Source of the DNA: an uncultured Candidatus Rokubacteria bacterium
GTDB taxonomy: Bacteria > Methylomirabilota > Methylomirabilia > Rokubacteriales > DASRDR01
Direction of reading: 5' to 3'
Length of the DNA stretch: 64,000 nucleotides
NCBI GenBank assembly: GCA_963708025.1
Contig: CAVPSB010000014.1
Coordinates: 384,001 to 448,000 of the forward strand
The notes under the pieces are model-generated. The model had not been told where the DNA came from and did not search any database. It saw only the letters and a program-made list of their open reading frames with translations. Position 1 is the first letter of the stretch. Each line of letters begins with the position of its first letter. A program made the translations under genes and the position numbers. Below, piece by piece: positions 30,322 to 39,929 of this stretch.

Positions 30322-31349
30322 GGCTCGGGTCTGCCGGACTCCGGCGCGGGAAGCCGCTCGAGCGCCTGGCCGGCGTGGGCCGGGTCTCCGGCCTGGTCGG
30401 ACTCGCGCTCGCCCGCCACGACACCGGGGGGAGCGCCGAAGACGTCCAGCTCCGTCAGGACGCCGTAGTGGTCGGACGGCCAGAGCACCGCCCCGTCCTC
30501 GAGCCGGCCGGGCGCGTCCAGGACCACCCGGCTGGCGACGACCCTGCCGGGCACCTCGCGGCCGGGAAGCACGAAGGCGTAGTCCACACGGGCGAACACC
30601 GTGGGCGCCGGCGCGCGCACGCGCTGCCACACCGTCAGGCCGGGAGCCGCAGGGTTCGCGACCCGGAAGGTGTCGATGAAGCCCGCCGCGAGCAGCCGGC
30701 GGATGGCCGGCGAGTCCTCGCGGCTGTTGAAGTCGCCCATCAGCACCAGGGGCAGCGCGCCGCGCCGGGCCTGCATCAGCTCGATGACGCGCTCCACCTC
30801 GCAGAAGCCCCGGGAGGTGTGGGTCGAGGCGACGCCCAGCTCGCCCCAGGGCGTGCGGACGCGGGCGTAGACGAGGGCGCGGGGGTCGGCGAAGCCGTTG
30901 CACCGGGGCAGGCCGTGGGCGTCCCAGTCCACGACCGGGAAGCGGCTCAGGATGGCCGGGCCTTCCTCGAAGTTCAGCAGCCAGCTCACCTGACGGTTGA
31001 TGAGCTGGAAGGGAAACAGCCGGAACAGCGCCGGCGTGTAGACGTGGTGCAGGCCGAGCGCCCGGCCCAGCCGCTCGGCGACGTTGCCCCGGCCGCGCGT
31101 CACCGACGCCTCCTGGACGCCCACGAAGTCCGGATCGAGGCGGCGCAGCTCCTCGACCGCGAGCCGGAAGCGCGCCTCCAGGTCCTCGCCGTTGCCGCTC
31201 CAGCCGGAGAGGACGCCACCGTGCAGGATGTTGTAGCTGAGGTACTTGAGCGTCGGCGCCGGCTGGGCCATGGTCTCGGTCACCCCCGGCCCCGCCTCCA
31301 ACGCAACGGCCACCGCCAGGAGGAGCGCCGAGCGGGCAACCCGGGTCAT
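30318..31349 (-). CDS. exported endonuclease/exonuclease/phosphatase family protein
   Basis: SYNI, VGVQE, AILSRFP, MGDFN, RVDY, PSDH. Confidence 0.85.
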   Translation of the reverse strand: MTRVARSALLLAVAVALEAGPGVTETMAQPAPTLKYLSYNILHGGVLSGWSGNGEDLEARFRLAVEELRRLDPDFVGVQEASVTRGRGNVAERLGRALGLHHVYTPALFRLFPFQLINRQVSWLLNFEEGPAILSRFPVVDWDAHGLPRCNGFADPRALVYARVRTPWGELGVASTHTSRGFCEVERVIELMQARRGALPLVLMGDFNSREDSPAIRRLLAAGFIDTFRVANPAAPGLTVWQRVRAPAPTVFARVDYAFVLPGREVPGRVVASRVVLDAPGRLEDGAVLWPSDHYGVLTELDVFGAPPGVVAGERESDQAGDPAHAGQALERLPAPESGRPEP

Positions 31350-31392
31350 CGCCCATCAATGTACAATGGGTCCGTCGAGGAGCGCAGCCAGC

Positions 31393-31743
31393 GTGGAGAG
31401 CAGTCCGATCGAGATCCGCCGGGTCGAGGGGCGCGAGGTGCACATCACCTGGGCCGACGGGCACCGGTCCGTCTACGGCAACAAGCAGCTCCGGGAAGCC
31501 TGTCCCTGCGCCGGGTGCGTCGACGAGCTCAGCGGGAAGCGGACGCTGGACCCGAGGTCCGTCCGGCCCGACATCCGTGCCGACGACATCGGCCTGGTCG
31601 GCCGCTACGCCGTCCGGTTCGGGTGGAGCGACGGCCACGGGACCGGGATCTACACCTTCCAGAAGCTGCGGGCGGGCTGCCCCTGCGAGGCCTGTCAAGG
31701 GGGGCCGGTGGGCGCCGGCGAGAGTCTCGATGAGCGCCGCTGA
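31393..31743 (+). CDS. DUF971/GBBH-like N-terminal domain protein
   Basis: ITWADGH, LREACPCAGC, VGRYAVRFGWSDGHGTGIY. Confidence 0.85.
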   Translation: MESSPIEIRRVEGREVHITWADGHRSVYGNKQLREACPCAGCVDELSGKRTLDPRSVRPDIRADDIGLVGRYAVRFGWSDGHGTGIYTFQKLRAGCPCEACQGGPVGAGESLDERR

Positions 31744-32770
31744 TCGCCGCCCGCCGCGCGACACCCTGGGGCGGCCGCTCCGCAACTTGCGGGTGTCCGT
31801 CACCGACCGGTGCAACCTGCGCTGCCAGTACTGCATGCCGGAAGAGGACTACGAGTGGCTGCCCCGTCAGGACCTCCTCACCTTCGAGGAGATGCGTGAG
31901 CTGGTCGGGATCTTCACCGGGCTGGGCGTGGACAAGGTCCGCCTGACCGGAGGCGAGCCCCTGCTCCGCCGCGACCTTCCGGCGCTGGTCCGGATGCTGG
32001 CGCGGACGCCGGGGGTGAAGGATCTGGCCATGACCACCAACGGGGTCCTGCTGGCCGAGCGAGCCCCGGCCTTGCACGAGGCGGGTCTCCACCGGGTGAC
32101 GGTGAGCCTCGACACGCTCCGGCCCGAGCGGTTCCGCGCGCTGACGCGGCGTGACGACCACGCCCGGGTGCTGGAGGGGATCGCGGCCGTCGACCGGGCC
32201 GGGTTCACCGGCCTCAAGCTGGACACGGTGATCATGCGCGGAACCAACGAGGACGAGCTGGCCGAGCTGATCGAGTTCGGGCGGGCGCACGACGCCGAGG
32301 TGCGCTTCATCGAGTACATGGACGTGGGGGGGGCGACGCTCTGGTCGATGGACCGCGTGGTCTCCCGGGCCGAGATGCTCGAGGTGCTGGGCCGGCGGTA
32401 CGGCCCCATCGAGCCGGTGATCGAGGACAGCTCGGCGCCCGCCGAGCGGTTCCGCCTCCCGGACGGCACGACCTTCGGGATCATCGCCTCCACCACGACC
32501 CCGTTCTGCCGCACCTGCGACCGGAGCCGCCTGACGGCCGACGGGGTCTGGTTCCTCTGCCTCTACGCTCAGCAGGGGGCCGATCTCCGGAGCCTCCTGC
32601 GGGGCGGCGCCTCCCGGGAGGCGATCGAGGCCGCCATCACCGGGGGCTGGGTCGCCCGCCGGGACCGCGGGGCCGAGGAGCGCAAGGAGCTGGGCATCCG
32701 GGGCCCCCTCCTGCAGATCGAGGGCCTCCGCCGCGACCCCCACCTGGAGATGCACACCCGGGGCGGCTGA
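31730..32770 (+). CDS. moaA: GTP 3',8-cyclase
   Basis: LRVSVTDRCNLRCQYC, RFIEYM, FCRTCDRSRLTADG, C-terminal GG. Confidence 0.95.
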   Translation: MSAADRRPPRDTLGRPLRNLRVSVTDRCNLRCQYCMPEEDYEWLPRQDLLTFEEMRELVGIFTGLGVDKVRLTGGEPLLRRDLPALVRMLARTPGVKDLAMTTNGVLLAERAPALHEAGLHRVTVSLDTLRPERFRALTRRDDHARVLEGIAAVDRAGFTGLKLDTVIMRGTNEDELAELIEFGRAHDAEVRFIEYMDVGGATLWSMDRVVSRAEMLEVLGRRYGPIEPVIEDSSAPAERFRLPDGTTFGIIASTTTPFCRTCDRSRLTADGVWFLCLYAQQGADLRSLLRGGASREAIEAAITGGWVARRDRGAEERKELGIRGPLLQIEGLRRDPHLEMHTRGG

Positions 32771-32774
32771 GATC

Positions 32775-32860
32775 TTCGGGACCTCCCTCCCCCCCCAGCC
32801 CCCCTCCCCCAGCCCCCCTCCCCCACCCACCGGGGGAGGGGGGAGCCGGAGGCCCCGATT
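32775..32860. repeat. family A repeat, copy 2 (internal tandem duplication)
   Basis: TTCGGGACCTCCC..CCCCCAGCCCCC twice..GGGGGAGGGGGGAGCCGGAGGCCCCGATT. Confidence 0.8.
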
Positions 32861-32880
32861 TCTTCACACCCTCTGAGAAC

Positions 32881-32970
32881 ATCGGGGGGTCTCGGAAGAC
32901 CCCCCCGAGACCCCCCCTTGAGGAGGCCGCGGCGAGCCGCGGCTCGAAGCGGAACGCCAGGACCGCGTGG
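32881..32970. repeat. family B palindromic repeat, copy 1
   Basis: ATCGGGGGGTCTCGGAAGACCCCCCCGAG..GGCCGCGGCGAGCCGCGGCTCGAAGCGGAACGCCA; near reverse complement of 61962..62059. Confidence 0.8.
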
Positions 32971-33153
32971 CCAGCGTCGGAGGGTTGCGAGCAGCCGACG
33001 GGCGGGGGAATCGGAGTGGCGGTACTGGGGCACGGGCGCTGAGCCCCGACTCCCGTTCGAGACGCCACCGCCGGCCCGGCCAGCCCACCAAAGCTAGGGC
33101 AGGTCAGCGCCCTCCCGTAGAATCAAAGGTGAATCGTCACGCGGGAGGGACTC

Positions 33154-33840
33154 ATGAGACGGCTCCTGACGCTCCCGATCGTGCTCCTCTGGATCCTGCC
33201 GCTTCACGCCTGGACCGAGCCGGACGGCTTCAACGGCCTCAAGTGGGGAGACGGCAGCAGCCGGCTGCGCTCCCGGGGCACCGTGCGCTTCTGCGAGCAG
33301 GTCCGGCCGTCCCAGCGCGAGCGCGGGGACGGCCGGTGCGTCGAGGAGTTCCGGTTCGAGGAAGGATCCCCGCCGTTCCTCGTCGAGGCGCACTACTTCA
33401 TGCGCGACGCGGACGGGTTCCGGTGGGTCCTGGTGAAGCTCGACGCGCGACACTTCGACGGCATGAAGCGGTGGCTGCTCGATCGCCACGGGCCCGCGGG
33501 CTTCGCGCGGAGCTTCACCGTCCAGGTGCAGGACAACTCCCTGGCGGGCTTCCTGGATCGGGAGATCCGCAAGCAGGACCCGAAGGCGGCCCCCCGGCCG
33601 GCGCCGACCGTCGAGAACGAGGTGCTGGAGTGGCGGGGCGGGAGGGCCAGCGTCGTGCTCCTCCGCTACGGCACCGTCACCCACTCGCTGGCGTACCTCG
33701 GCATGACCGACGAGGTCGACCGCGAGCTGGAGCGCCTCCGCAAGGACGGCCTGACGATCCCCCGCGCCGACCCACTGAGGGCGCCGGGGTCCTGGCGCCC
33801 GCGAGACGGTCAGGCCCCATGCGCGCCGTCACCCGCCTGA
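33154..33840 (+). CDS. exported hypothetical protein
   Basis: GGAGG SD, signal peptide, EPDGFNGLKWGD start, GC3-rich codons. Confidence 0.7.
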   Translation: MRRLLTLPIVLLWILPLHAWTEPDGFNGLKWGDGSSRLRSRGTVRFCEQVRPSQRERGDGRCVEEFRFEEGSPPFLVEAHYFMRDADGFRWVLVKLDARHFDGMKRWLLDRHGPAGFARSFTVQVQDNSLAGFLDREIRKQDPKAAPRPAPTVENEVLEWRGGRASVVLLRYGTVTHSLAYLGMTDEVDRELERLRKDGLTIPRADPLRAPGSWRPRDGQAPCAPSPA

Positions 33841-33859
33841 TCGGGGTCGGGTATGGCCT

Positions 33860-34120
33860 GTGACTCCGCTGGTCTTCTCGGAGGACACCGAGTACGCCCC
33901 CGGCTACTCGGCTGCCGCCTTCGAGCAGCTCCGCCCCGGGATGTCCGAGCATGAAGTCCTGGCCCTGGTCGGGCCGCCGCTGGAGAAATACTCGATCCCC
34001 CAGTCAGGCGATGTGTGGCAGTGGACGCGAAGCCCGGGAAGCAACAGCTACCGGGAGCGGGTCGTCGTCTTCACGAACGGACGGGTCTCGGCGACCCGCC
34101 ACGAGTTCTACATCGACTGA
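33860..34120 (+). CDS. small SmpA/OmlA(BamE)-like domain protein
   Basis: FEQLRPGMSEHEVLALVGPP..VVFTNGRV. Confidence 0.6.
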   Translation: MTPLVFSEDTEYAPGYSAAAFEQLRPGMSEHEVLALVGPPLEKYSIPQSGDVWQWTRSPGSNSYRERVVVFTNGRVSATRHEFYID

Positions 34121-34160
34121 GCCCGGACGAGCGCCGGTGGAGTCGTGAGGTCGCGTCCGG

Positions 34161-34886
34161 TCAGGCCGGCGCTCCGAGAGGGGCCGGCCGCGCCGCCGCC
34201 GGCCCGGTCGCGGCTTGCATCGCCCGGGTGACCTCGTCGGTGTCGGCGACGTAGATGTAGCCGTCGTCCATTCGTCGCAGCGCGTTCTCGTGGAGGAAGG
34301 GCGTGTGGGCGGCGCAGGCGTCACCCACCAGGACGACCCGGTAGCCCATGTCGGCGGCGACCCGGGCCGTCATCTCGACACAGCCGTTGGTGACGACGCC
34401 GACCATGATGACGGTGTCGATGCCCATCCAGGTCAGCACGCGGTCGATGTTGGTGCCGACGAAGGCACTCGATGTGGACTTGGAGAAGACGATCTCGTCC
34501 TGGACCGGCGCCACCTCCGGGACGATCTCCGCCTCGCGGGAGTTCCAGGGCTGGGCGATGCCGCGACTCTTGTTGCGCGCGCAGGCATCACGGCCGTCCC
34601 GGGTCAGCTCGGCCCAGCGGGTGTGCATCACCTCGATGCCGGTCGCGCGCGCCACGTCCTGGAGGTCCCGGATGCGCGGCACCACGGCCTTGACGGCGTC
34701 GTAGTACCAGGCCATTTCGTCGAACATCCCCTTGCGCCGGGCCAGGGCGCCGAGTCCGAAGTCGGGATGGACGTCGCCGTGGTCCATGTCGATGGTCAGG
34801 AGGCACGTCTTCTTTCGCTGGATGTCGGGCAGGCCCCGGCGGTTGACCAGCCGGGAGAGGGGATCGTACGCGATCGGGATCGACAT
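34161..34886 (-). CDS. isochorismatase-family cysteine hydrolase
   Basis: LLTIDM, FSKSTSSAFVGT, GVVTNGCVEMTAR (D-K-C triad). Confidence 0.88.
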   Translation of the reverse strand: MSIPIAYDPLSRLVNRRGLPDIQRKKTCLLTIDMDHGDVHPDFGLGALARRKGMFDEMAWYYDAVKAVVPRIRDLQDVARATGIEVMHTRWAELTRDGRDACARNKSRGIAQPWNSREAEIVPEVAPVQDEIVFSKSTSSAFVGTNIDRVLTWMGIDTVIMVGVVTNGCVEMTARVAADMGYRVVLVGDACAAHTPFLHENALRRMDDGYIYVADTDEVTRAMQAATGPAAARPAPLGAPA

Positions 34887-34889
34887 GTC

Positions 34890-35969
34890 TCACTCCTCCG
34901 GCTTCATGCCGGTGCGCGCCAGGACCGCCTCGAATCGGGCCGCGTACTTCTCCGGCGACATCCGCGCGTAGGCGAGGATGTCGTGCAGGGTGTCGATCAG
35001 GCGCCGGTTGTACTCGAATCGCACGCCGTCCGTCTCGGGCACCGCGTAGCCCGAGCCGTCGATGATGCCGCTGTCGATGGCGATCCAGAGCAGGTGCTCC
35101 AGGACCGTGGACGGCGCCAAGGCTCCCGGCTTGTCGGCGAGGAAGGCGACCGCCGCCGCCAGGCCGTAGCCGCCCCAGTCGGAGACAGCGGCGGTGAGGA
35201 CCGCGTCGGCCCCGACCGCGGCGGCGGTGCCCCCGCCGCACGGACAGACGCACCGGTGGCCGTTGGGAATGTCCCGGCGCACGGCGTCGGCGAGGCGGCC
35301 CAGGCCGAGCTCGTTGCCGTTGTCGCCGACGGCCACGGTTGTGATCCCCTGATCTTGCAACGCGAGGAACAGATGGTCCACCTTGGCCGCCAGGTCCGAG
35401 CACGGCTTGCCGGTGGCCAGGTGGTACTGGCCGTGGACGTTCATCCCCGGGCGCTCGATGGAGACCGCGGCGGCGGGGCGGCACCGCTGGATCAAGCGCT
35501 CCGCCTCGGCCCGGGCGGTGGCGGTGTCCTTGGTGAAGCCGGTCACCCACGCCGTGCGCGGCGCCGCGCACGCGGCTTCGAACGACGGCCGGGGAATCAG
35601 GCCGCCGGTTCTCAGCATCCGGGTCAGCGCCGGGACCAGCTCGTCCTCGACGACGACGACGGGCCGCGCCCCCAGGGCCATCTCGAGCGCGCGGGCCAGG
35701 ATCACCGTGCCGCCCAGGCCATCGTGCTCGCCCGTCTCCCAGGGGGGGAAGACGAAGCCGGTGCACAGCAGCACCGCATCCCCCGGCTTGATGGCCCCGA
35801 CCAGGCGCTCCCCGGCGTCGATCGAGAGGGGACGGTCCGTGAGGCGCCGCGCCGCCTCGTACAGGATCTGCGGGATCCGGTAGCCTCGCAGATCCACGCG
35901 GAGAAGCGAGTCGATGGTCTCCCCGACGCTGTACGCCAGGAGCGACCGGACGTCGGACGCCGGCTTCAC
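34890..35969 (-). CDS. D-glutamate cyclase-like (DUF4392) protein
   Basis: LCTGF, EHDGLGG, SIERPG, AVGDNGNELGLG, VSDWGGY; C-terminal part of ORF 34890..37532. Confidence 0.75.
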   Translation of the reverse strand: MKPASDVRSLLAYSVGETIDSLLRVDLRGYRIPQILYEAARRLTDRPLSIDAGERLVGAIKPGDAVLLCTGFVFPPWETGEHDGLGGTVILARALEMALGARPVVVVEDELVPALTRMLRTGGLIPRPSFEAACAAPRTAWVTGFTKDTATARAEAERLIQRCRPAAAVSIERPGMNVHGQYHLATGKPCSDLAAKVDHLFLALQDQGITTVAVGDNGNELGLGRLADAVRRDIPNGHRCVCPCGGGTAAAVGADAVLTAAVSDWGGYGLAAAVAFLADKPGALAPSTVLEHLLWIAIDSGIIDGSGYAVPETDGVRFEYNRRLIDTLHDILAYARMSPEKYAARFEAVLARTGMKPEE

Positions 35970-37555
35970 TGACGCAGGTCCACGTACTTGAGCCAGATCT
36001 CCATGTCGTCGGGGCTGGTCTTGAAGTTCTGGACCTCCTTGCGCATGACCCGCACCTGGGCGACGTGGACCGTGTAGATGTACCAGGCCTCGTCGATGAT
36101 CGTCTTCATCGCCTCGCGGTAGACCGCCTTCCGCTCCTCGGGCTTGAAGAGCTGGGCACCGGAGTCCAGCAGGTTGTCCAGCGGGGGGTTCGTGTACGAG
36201 CGAACCAGGCTGCCCGCCTTCGTGCGGTGGAACCAGTACACCGAGGTGTGGATGTCGGGCGCCATGATGGTGATGTCCTCGAGGTGGGCGTCGACCTCGC
36301 CGGGCTTCGAGATCACCCGCTGGGCCTTGTCGAAGGTGGCCATGTCGTAGAACTGGAGGTTGAGGCGGATGCCGATCTTCTTGAGTTGCTCCGCAACGAT
36401 CTCCGTTTCCCGGCGGAGGTTCGGCTTGTCGCTGGTGATGATGTTCAGGGGGGTGGGGTACCCGTTCGGGTAGCCGGCCTCGGCCAGGAGCGCCTTGGCC
36501 TTGTCCAGGTCGGCCTTGAACGGGTACTTCTGGAGCGACTGGTCGAAGAACTGGTACCCCCGGGGCTGCGGGCCGATGGCCGGGTAGGCGGCGCCGAAGT
36601 AGACGGCGTCGGCGATCTGCTGCCGGTCGATGGCGTAGGCGATCGCCTGCCGGAACGCCTTCTTGTCGAAGGGCTTCTCGAGGTGGCCGAAGGTGAAGTA
36701 GTCCCAGTTCCAGCCGGGCACCTCCTGGACCGTGAGGGTCGCGTCTTGCTTGAGCCGCGCGATGTCCTTGTACTCGGGGCGATCGATGAGGTGGACGGCG
36801 CCTGTCTTGAGCAGGTTCTGCTTCACCGTCGCATCCGGGACGAAGGTCCAGATGACCCGGTCGAGCAGGGGATACCCCTTGTGCCAGTAGTCCTTGAACT
36901 TCCGGATCGTGATGTGGTCGCCGGAGACCCACTCCTCGAACTCGAACGGGCCGGTGCCGATCGGCGCCCGGACGTACTTGTCCTGCCCCATCTCGGTGAA
37001 GGCCTTCTTGCAGATCACCCGGCCGGCGAGGCCGGCGAAGCCGGTGACCAGCGCCGGGGTGAAGGGGCGCTCCAGCTGGATCCGGGCCCGGTACTTGTCG
37101 ACGACCTCCGCGCCCTTGACGCCCGTGAAGAGGAACTTCATCGGGGTGTTGTCCTTCACGATGTGGTTGACCGTGAAGGCCACGTCCTCCGCGGTCAGCT
37201 CCCCGTAGCCCTTGTGCCACTGGATGCCCGGCCGCACCTCGATGAGCCAGGAGGTCGGGCTCTCGGCGGTGACGCTCTTGGCGAGCTCGGGCACCAGCTC
37301 CGACTTGTCGAAGTCCCACCGGAACAGCGAGTCGAAGAGGTTCCACATCACATGGTCGCCGGGCAGGTCGCCCCGCTGGTGGGCCGGGCTCAGGCCCATG
37401 GGCTCGCCAAAGACCGCCACCTTCAACACCTTCTCGGCGGCGGCGGCCTCGGGGCCGGAGAGGGTGGGGATCCCGACGGGGGCCAGCGCCACGACGAGGG
37501 CGACGGCTCCGGCCACCAGGGCACTCGACCATCCATTACGGGTCGGCATGTCCAT
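35966..37555 (-). CDS. peptide ABC substrate-binding protein (family 5)
   Basis: Signal peptide, PELAKS, WHKGYGELTAEDV, PIGTGPF, FRQAIAYAIDR. Confidence 0.9.
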   Translation of the reverse strand: MDMPTRNGWSSALVAGAVALVVALAPVGIPTLSGPEAAAAEKVLKVAVFGEPMGLSPAHQRGDLPGDHVMWNLFDSLFRWDFDKSELVPELAKSVTAESPTSWLIEVRPGIQWHKGYGELTAEDVAFTVNHIVKDNTPMKFLFTGVKGAEVVDKYRARIQLERPFTPALVTGFAGLAGRVICKKAFTEMGQDKYVRAPIGTGPFEFEEWVSGDHITIRKFKDYWHKGYPLLDRVIWTFVPDATVKQNLLKTGAVHLIDRPEYKDIARLKQDATLTVQEVPGWNWDYFTFGHLEKPFDKKAFRQAIAYAIDRQQIADAVYFGAAYPAIGPQPRGYQFFDQSLQKYPFKADLDKAKALLAEAGYPNGYPTPLNIITSDKPNLRRETEIVAEQLKKIGIRLNLQFYDMATFDKAQRVISKPGEVDAHLEDITIMAPDIHTSVYWFHRTKAGSLVRSYTNPPLDNLLDSGAQLFKPEERKAVYREAMKTIIDEAWYIYTVHVAQVRVMRKEVQNFKTSPDDMEIWLKYVDLRQ

Positions 37556-37635
37556 CGTTCTCCTTGCCGCGCTTCGGTAGCCGCGCGGGTTCGATGTGGT
37601 GTCCCTCGGAAACGCCGGTCCGGAGCCGGCGACGC

Positions 37636-39069
37636 TCACCGGGCCGCGTAGGTGTGGACGATGTCCACCTGAGACTTCTCGGACTCGGCCAGTCCCGCGA
37701 CCTTGCCATCGCCGTCGACGAGCAGGTACTCGTCACCGCGGTCCCGTCGGCCGCCGCCCCCCAGCCCGGCCTGGCGCACGATCGGCATGCCCAGCTCGCT
37801 CTTGAACAGCGACCAGGGCCCGCCTCCGCCCTGGTAGGGCCACACGGCCGGGTCGAGACCTCGCGAGCGATAGTACGCCAGGACCGCCTGGACGATCTCG
37901 GCGCCGACCGGGGTCCGGCTCCAGTCGGCGGCGGCCAGCACCCGGATCTCGACGTCGCCGAAGCCCCCGGCGTCCAGGTGGCGACGCAGGCAGTCGATGG
38001 CGTGCTGGCAGGCGACGCCGGGCGGGAGGCGGAGATCCAGGCGCGCCGTCGCCCGCTCCGGCACGGTGAAGACCTCGCTGCCCGGGCCGTGATATCCGGC
38101 GGAGATGCCGTTCACGTTCAGGCTCGGCGCGTACATGTAGCGCATGAGCAGCTCGCGGCCGGACAGCTCGCCGATCGTGTGCTCGAAGGCGCCCAGCCCC
38201 AGGGCCGTCTTGATGCCGCCCTCGCCGAAGCGGGCCACGAGCGCGTCGAGCAGGCTCACGTCCTCCTCGGTCGGGGCCGCCACCGATTCCTGGATGCCCG
38301 GGACCCGGATGGCCGCCCCCGTCTCGTCGGTCAGGGTGCCGAGGGCGTGCGCGAGCCGGCTCGCCGCATTGTGGACGCAGTTCTTCAGGCTGCTGTGGGC
38401 GGACATGCCGATCGGCCCGTGGCGCCACCGCTCGCCGGACACTACCAGGTCGAGATAGAGCAGACCCCGGTACCCGAGGTTCACGGAGACCCCCCCGTCG
38501 GGGCTCTGCGTCATGCCGCCGGCGAAGCAGGCGTCGGCCTTCCGGAGACGGTCCCGGTACCGTCGGAACATGGCCGGGAAGTCGGGGCTGCCTTCGATCT
38601 CGTCGCCCTCGATGAGGAGCATCACGTTGACCGGGAGACTGCCGGTCTTGATCATCGCCTCGAGCGCGTTCAGCCAGGCCACCAGCGGCCCCTTGGGCGA
38701 GCCGGCGCCGCGCCCGACGAGTATCCGGCCCTGCTGGGGATCCCGGACCACCGCCCCGCCGAACGGCTGGTACGTCCACGGGCGGCTGCCCACCGGGCGA
38801 GTGTCGAAGAACGCGTAGCTGACGATCGTCTTCCGTGCCCCAGTCTCCAGGGCGGCCCAGACCCCGGGATTCGGCCCCCCGACGTCCACCAGCTCCACCT
38901 CCGGAAAGCCGATCCCGCGGAGGACGCGCGTGAGCCAGTACGCGCCCTCGACGATGCCGATGCCCTGGGTGCTGACGGTCGGCAGCTTGACGAACTGCTG
39001 GATGCGGCCGAGGTGCTCCTCCAGGTGCTGATCGATGTACGCGTGAGCCTTCTGGGCGCTCGACACCAC
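37636..39069 (-). CDS. M20/M25/M40 peptidase-fold protein with degenerate metal ligands
   Basis: W..QPFGG, GRGAGSPKGPL, LIEGDEIEGSP, LGYRGLLY, AHSS, PSLNVNGI; start 39069 or 39078. Confidence 0.8.
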   Translation of the reverse strand: MVSSAQKAHAYIDQHLEEHLGRIQQFVKLPTVSTQGIGIVEGAYWLTRVLRGIGFPEVELVDVGGPNPGVWAALETGARKTIVSYAFFDTRPVGSRPWTYQPFGGAVVRDPQQGRILVGRGAGSPKGPLVAWLNALEAMIKTGSLPVNVMLLIEGDEIEGSPDFPAMFRRYRDRLRKADACFAGGMTQSPDGGVSVNLGYRGLLYLDLVVSGERWRHGPIGMSAHSSLKNCVHNAASRLAHALGTLTDETGAAIRVPGIQESVAAPTEEDVSLLDALVARFGEGGIKTALGLGAFEHTIGELSGRELLMRYMYAPSLNVNGISAGYHGPGSEVFTVPERATARLDLRLPPGVACQHAIDCLRRHLDAGGFGDVEIRVLAAADWSRTPVGAEIVQAVLAYYRSRGLDPAVWPYQGGGGPWSLFKSELGMPIVRQAGLGGGGRRDRGDEYLLVDGDGKVAGLAESEKSQVDIVHTYAAR

Positions 39070-39086
39070 TCCCGCCACCTCTCTCT

Positions 39087-39917
39087 CTAGCGTTGTCCGG
39101 GGTCCAGCACCTGCCTCAGGCGGTCGCCGAGCAGCGTGATGCCGACGACCGATGTGGAGAGCACGACACACGGAATGGCCGCGTACCAGGCATCCGTCTC
39201 CAGGTACCGGCGGGCGTCGGCCAGCATGCTACCCCAGCTCGGGGTGGGCGGCTGCGTGCCCAGACCGAGGAAGCTCATGCCGGCTTCGGCGATGATCGCG
39301 TAGGCATAGGAGGCGGTCGCCTGCACGATGATGGGGCCGGCCACGTTCCGGAGGACGTGGCCGAACATGATCGTCGGCGCGCTGGCCCCGATGGCCCGCG
39401 CGGCCTGGATGTACTCGAGCTCGGTGACGCCGAGAACCGAGGCCCGCGTGATCCGCGTGAACCGGGGGGAATACACGATGGCCAGCGCGATCGCGACGTT
39501 GCGCGCGCTCGGCCCCAGGGCGCCGACCAGCGCGATCGCCAGCAGGACGGGCGGGAACGACATGACGCCGTCCATGAGGCGCGAGACCACCGTGTCCACC
39601 ATGCCGCGATAGTACCCGACCGCCAGCCCCGCGGTGGTGCCGACCACGACGGCGACGCCCACCGCGACCGTGGCCACCCCCACCGACACGCGCGTCCCGT
39701 ACACGATGCGGCTGAGGATGTCGCGGCCGAACGAGTCGGTCCCCAGCCAGTGCCGCGCCGATGGTCCCGACAGCGGCCGGTCGAGGTTCATGTCCTCGTA
39801 GCTCGGGAGGGGCAGCAGGGGCGCGGCGGCGGCCAGGACCACCAGACCGGTCCACACGGCGAGCCCGAACAGGGCGACCCTGTCGGTGCCGAGACGTCGC
39901 CAGGCACTCCGGCGCAT
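39087..39917 (-). CDS. peptide ABC permease (DppC-like)
   Basis: LGTDSFGRDILSR, YIQAARAIGA, SFLGLG, PSWG. Confidence 0.9.
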   Translation of the reverse strand: MRRSAWRRLGTDRVALFGLAVWTGLVVLAAAAPLLPLPSYEDMNLDRPLSGPSARHWLGTDSFGRDILSRIVYGTRVSVGVATVAVGVAVVVGTTAGLAVGYYRGMVDTVVSRLMDGVMSFPPVLLAIALVGALGPSARNVAIALAIVYSPRFTRITRASVLGVTELEYIQAARAIGASAPTIMFGHVLRNVAGPIIVQATASYAYAIIAEAGMSFLGLGTQPPTPSWGSMLADARRYLETDAWYAAIPCVVLSTSVVGITLLGDRLRQVLDPGQR

Positions 39918-39929
39918 GAGGTGTCCGGC

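Noticed and set aside
30013-31836. Long fused ORFs in the track (also 34890..37532, 49326..51431, 51551..53245, 5666..7015)
   Set aside because: GC-rich off-frame extensions; only the C-terminal portions are real genes with their own starts.
33000-33066. tRNA-like ending (GTTCGAGACGCCA), considered as tRNA-Sec
   Set aside because: No T-stem or acceptor-stem pairing and no recognisable anticodon arm.
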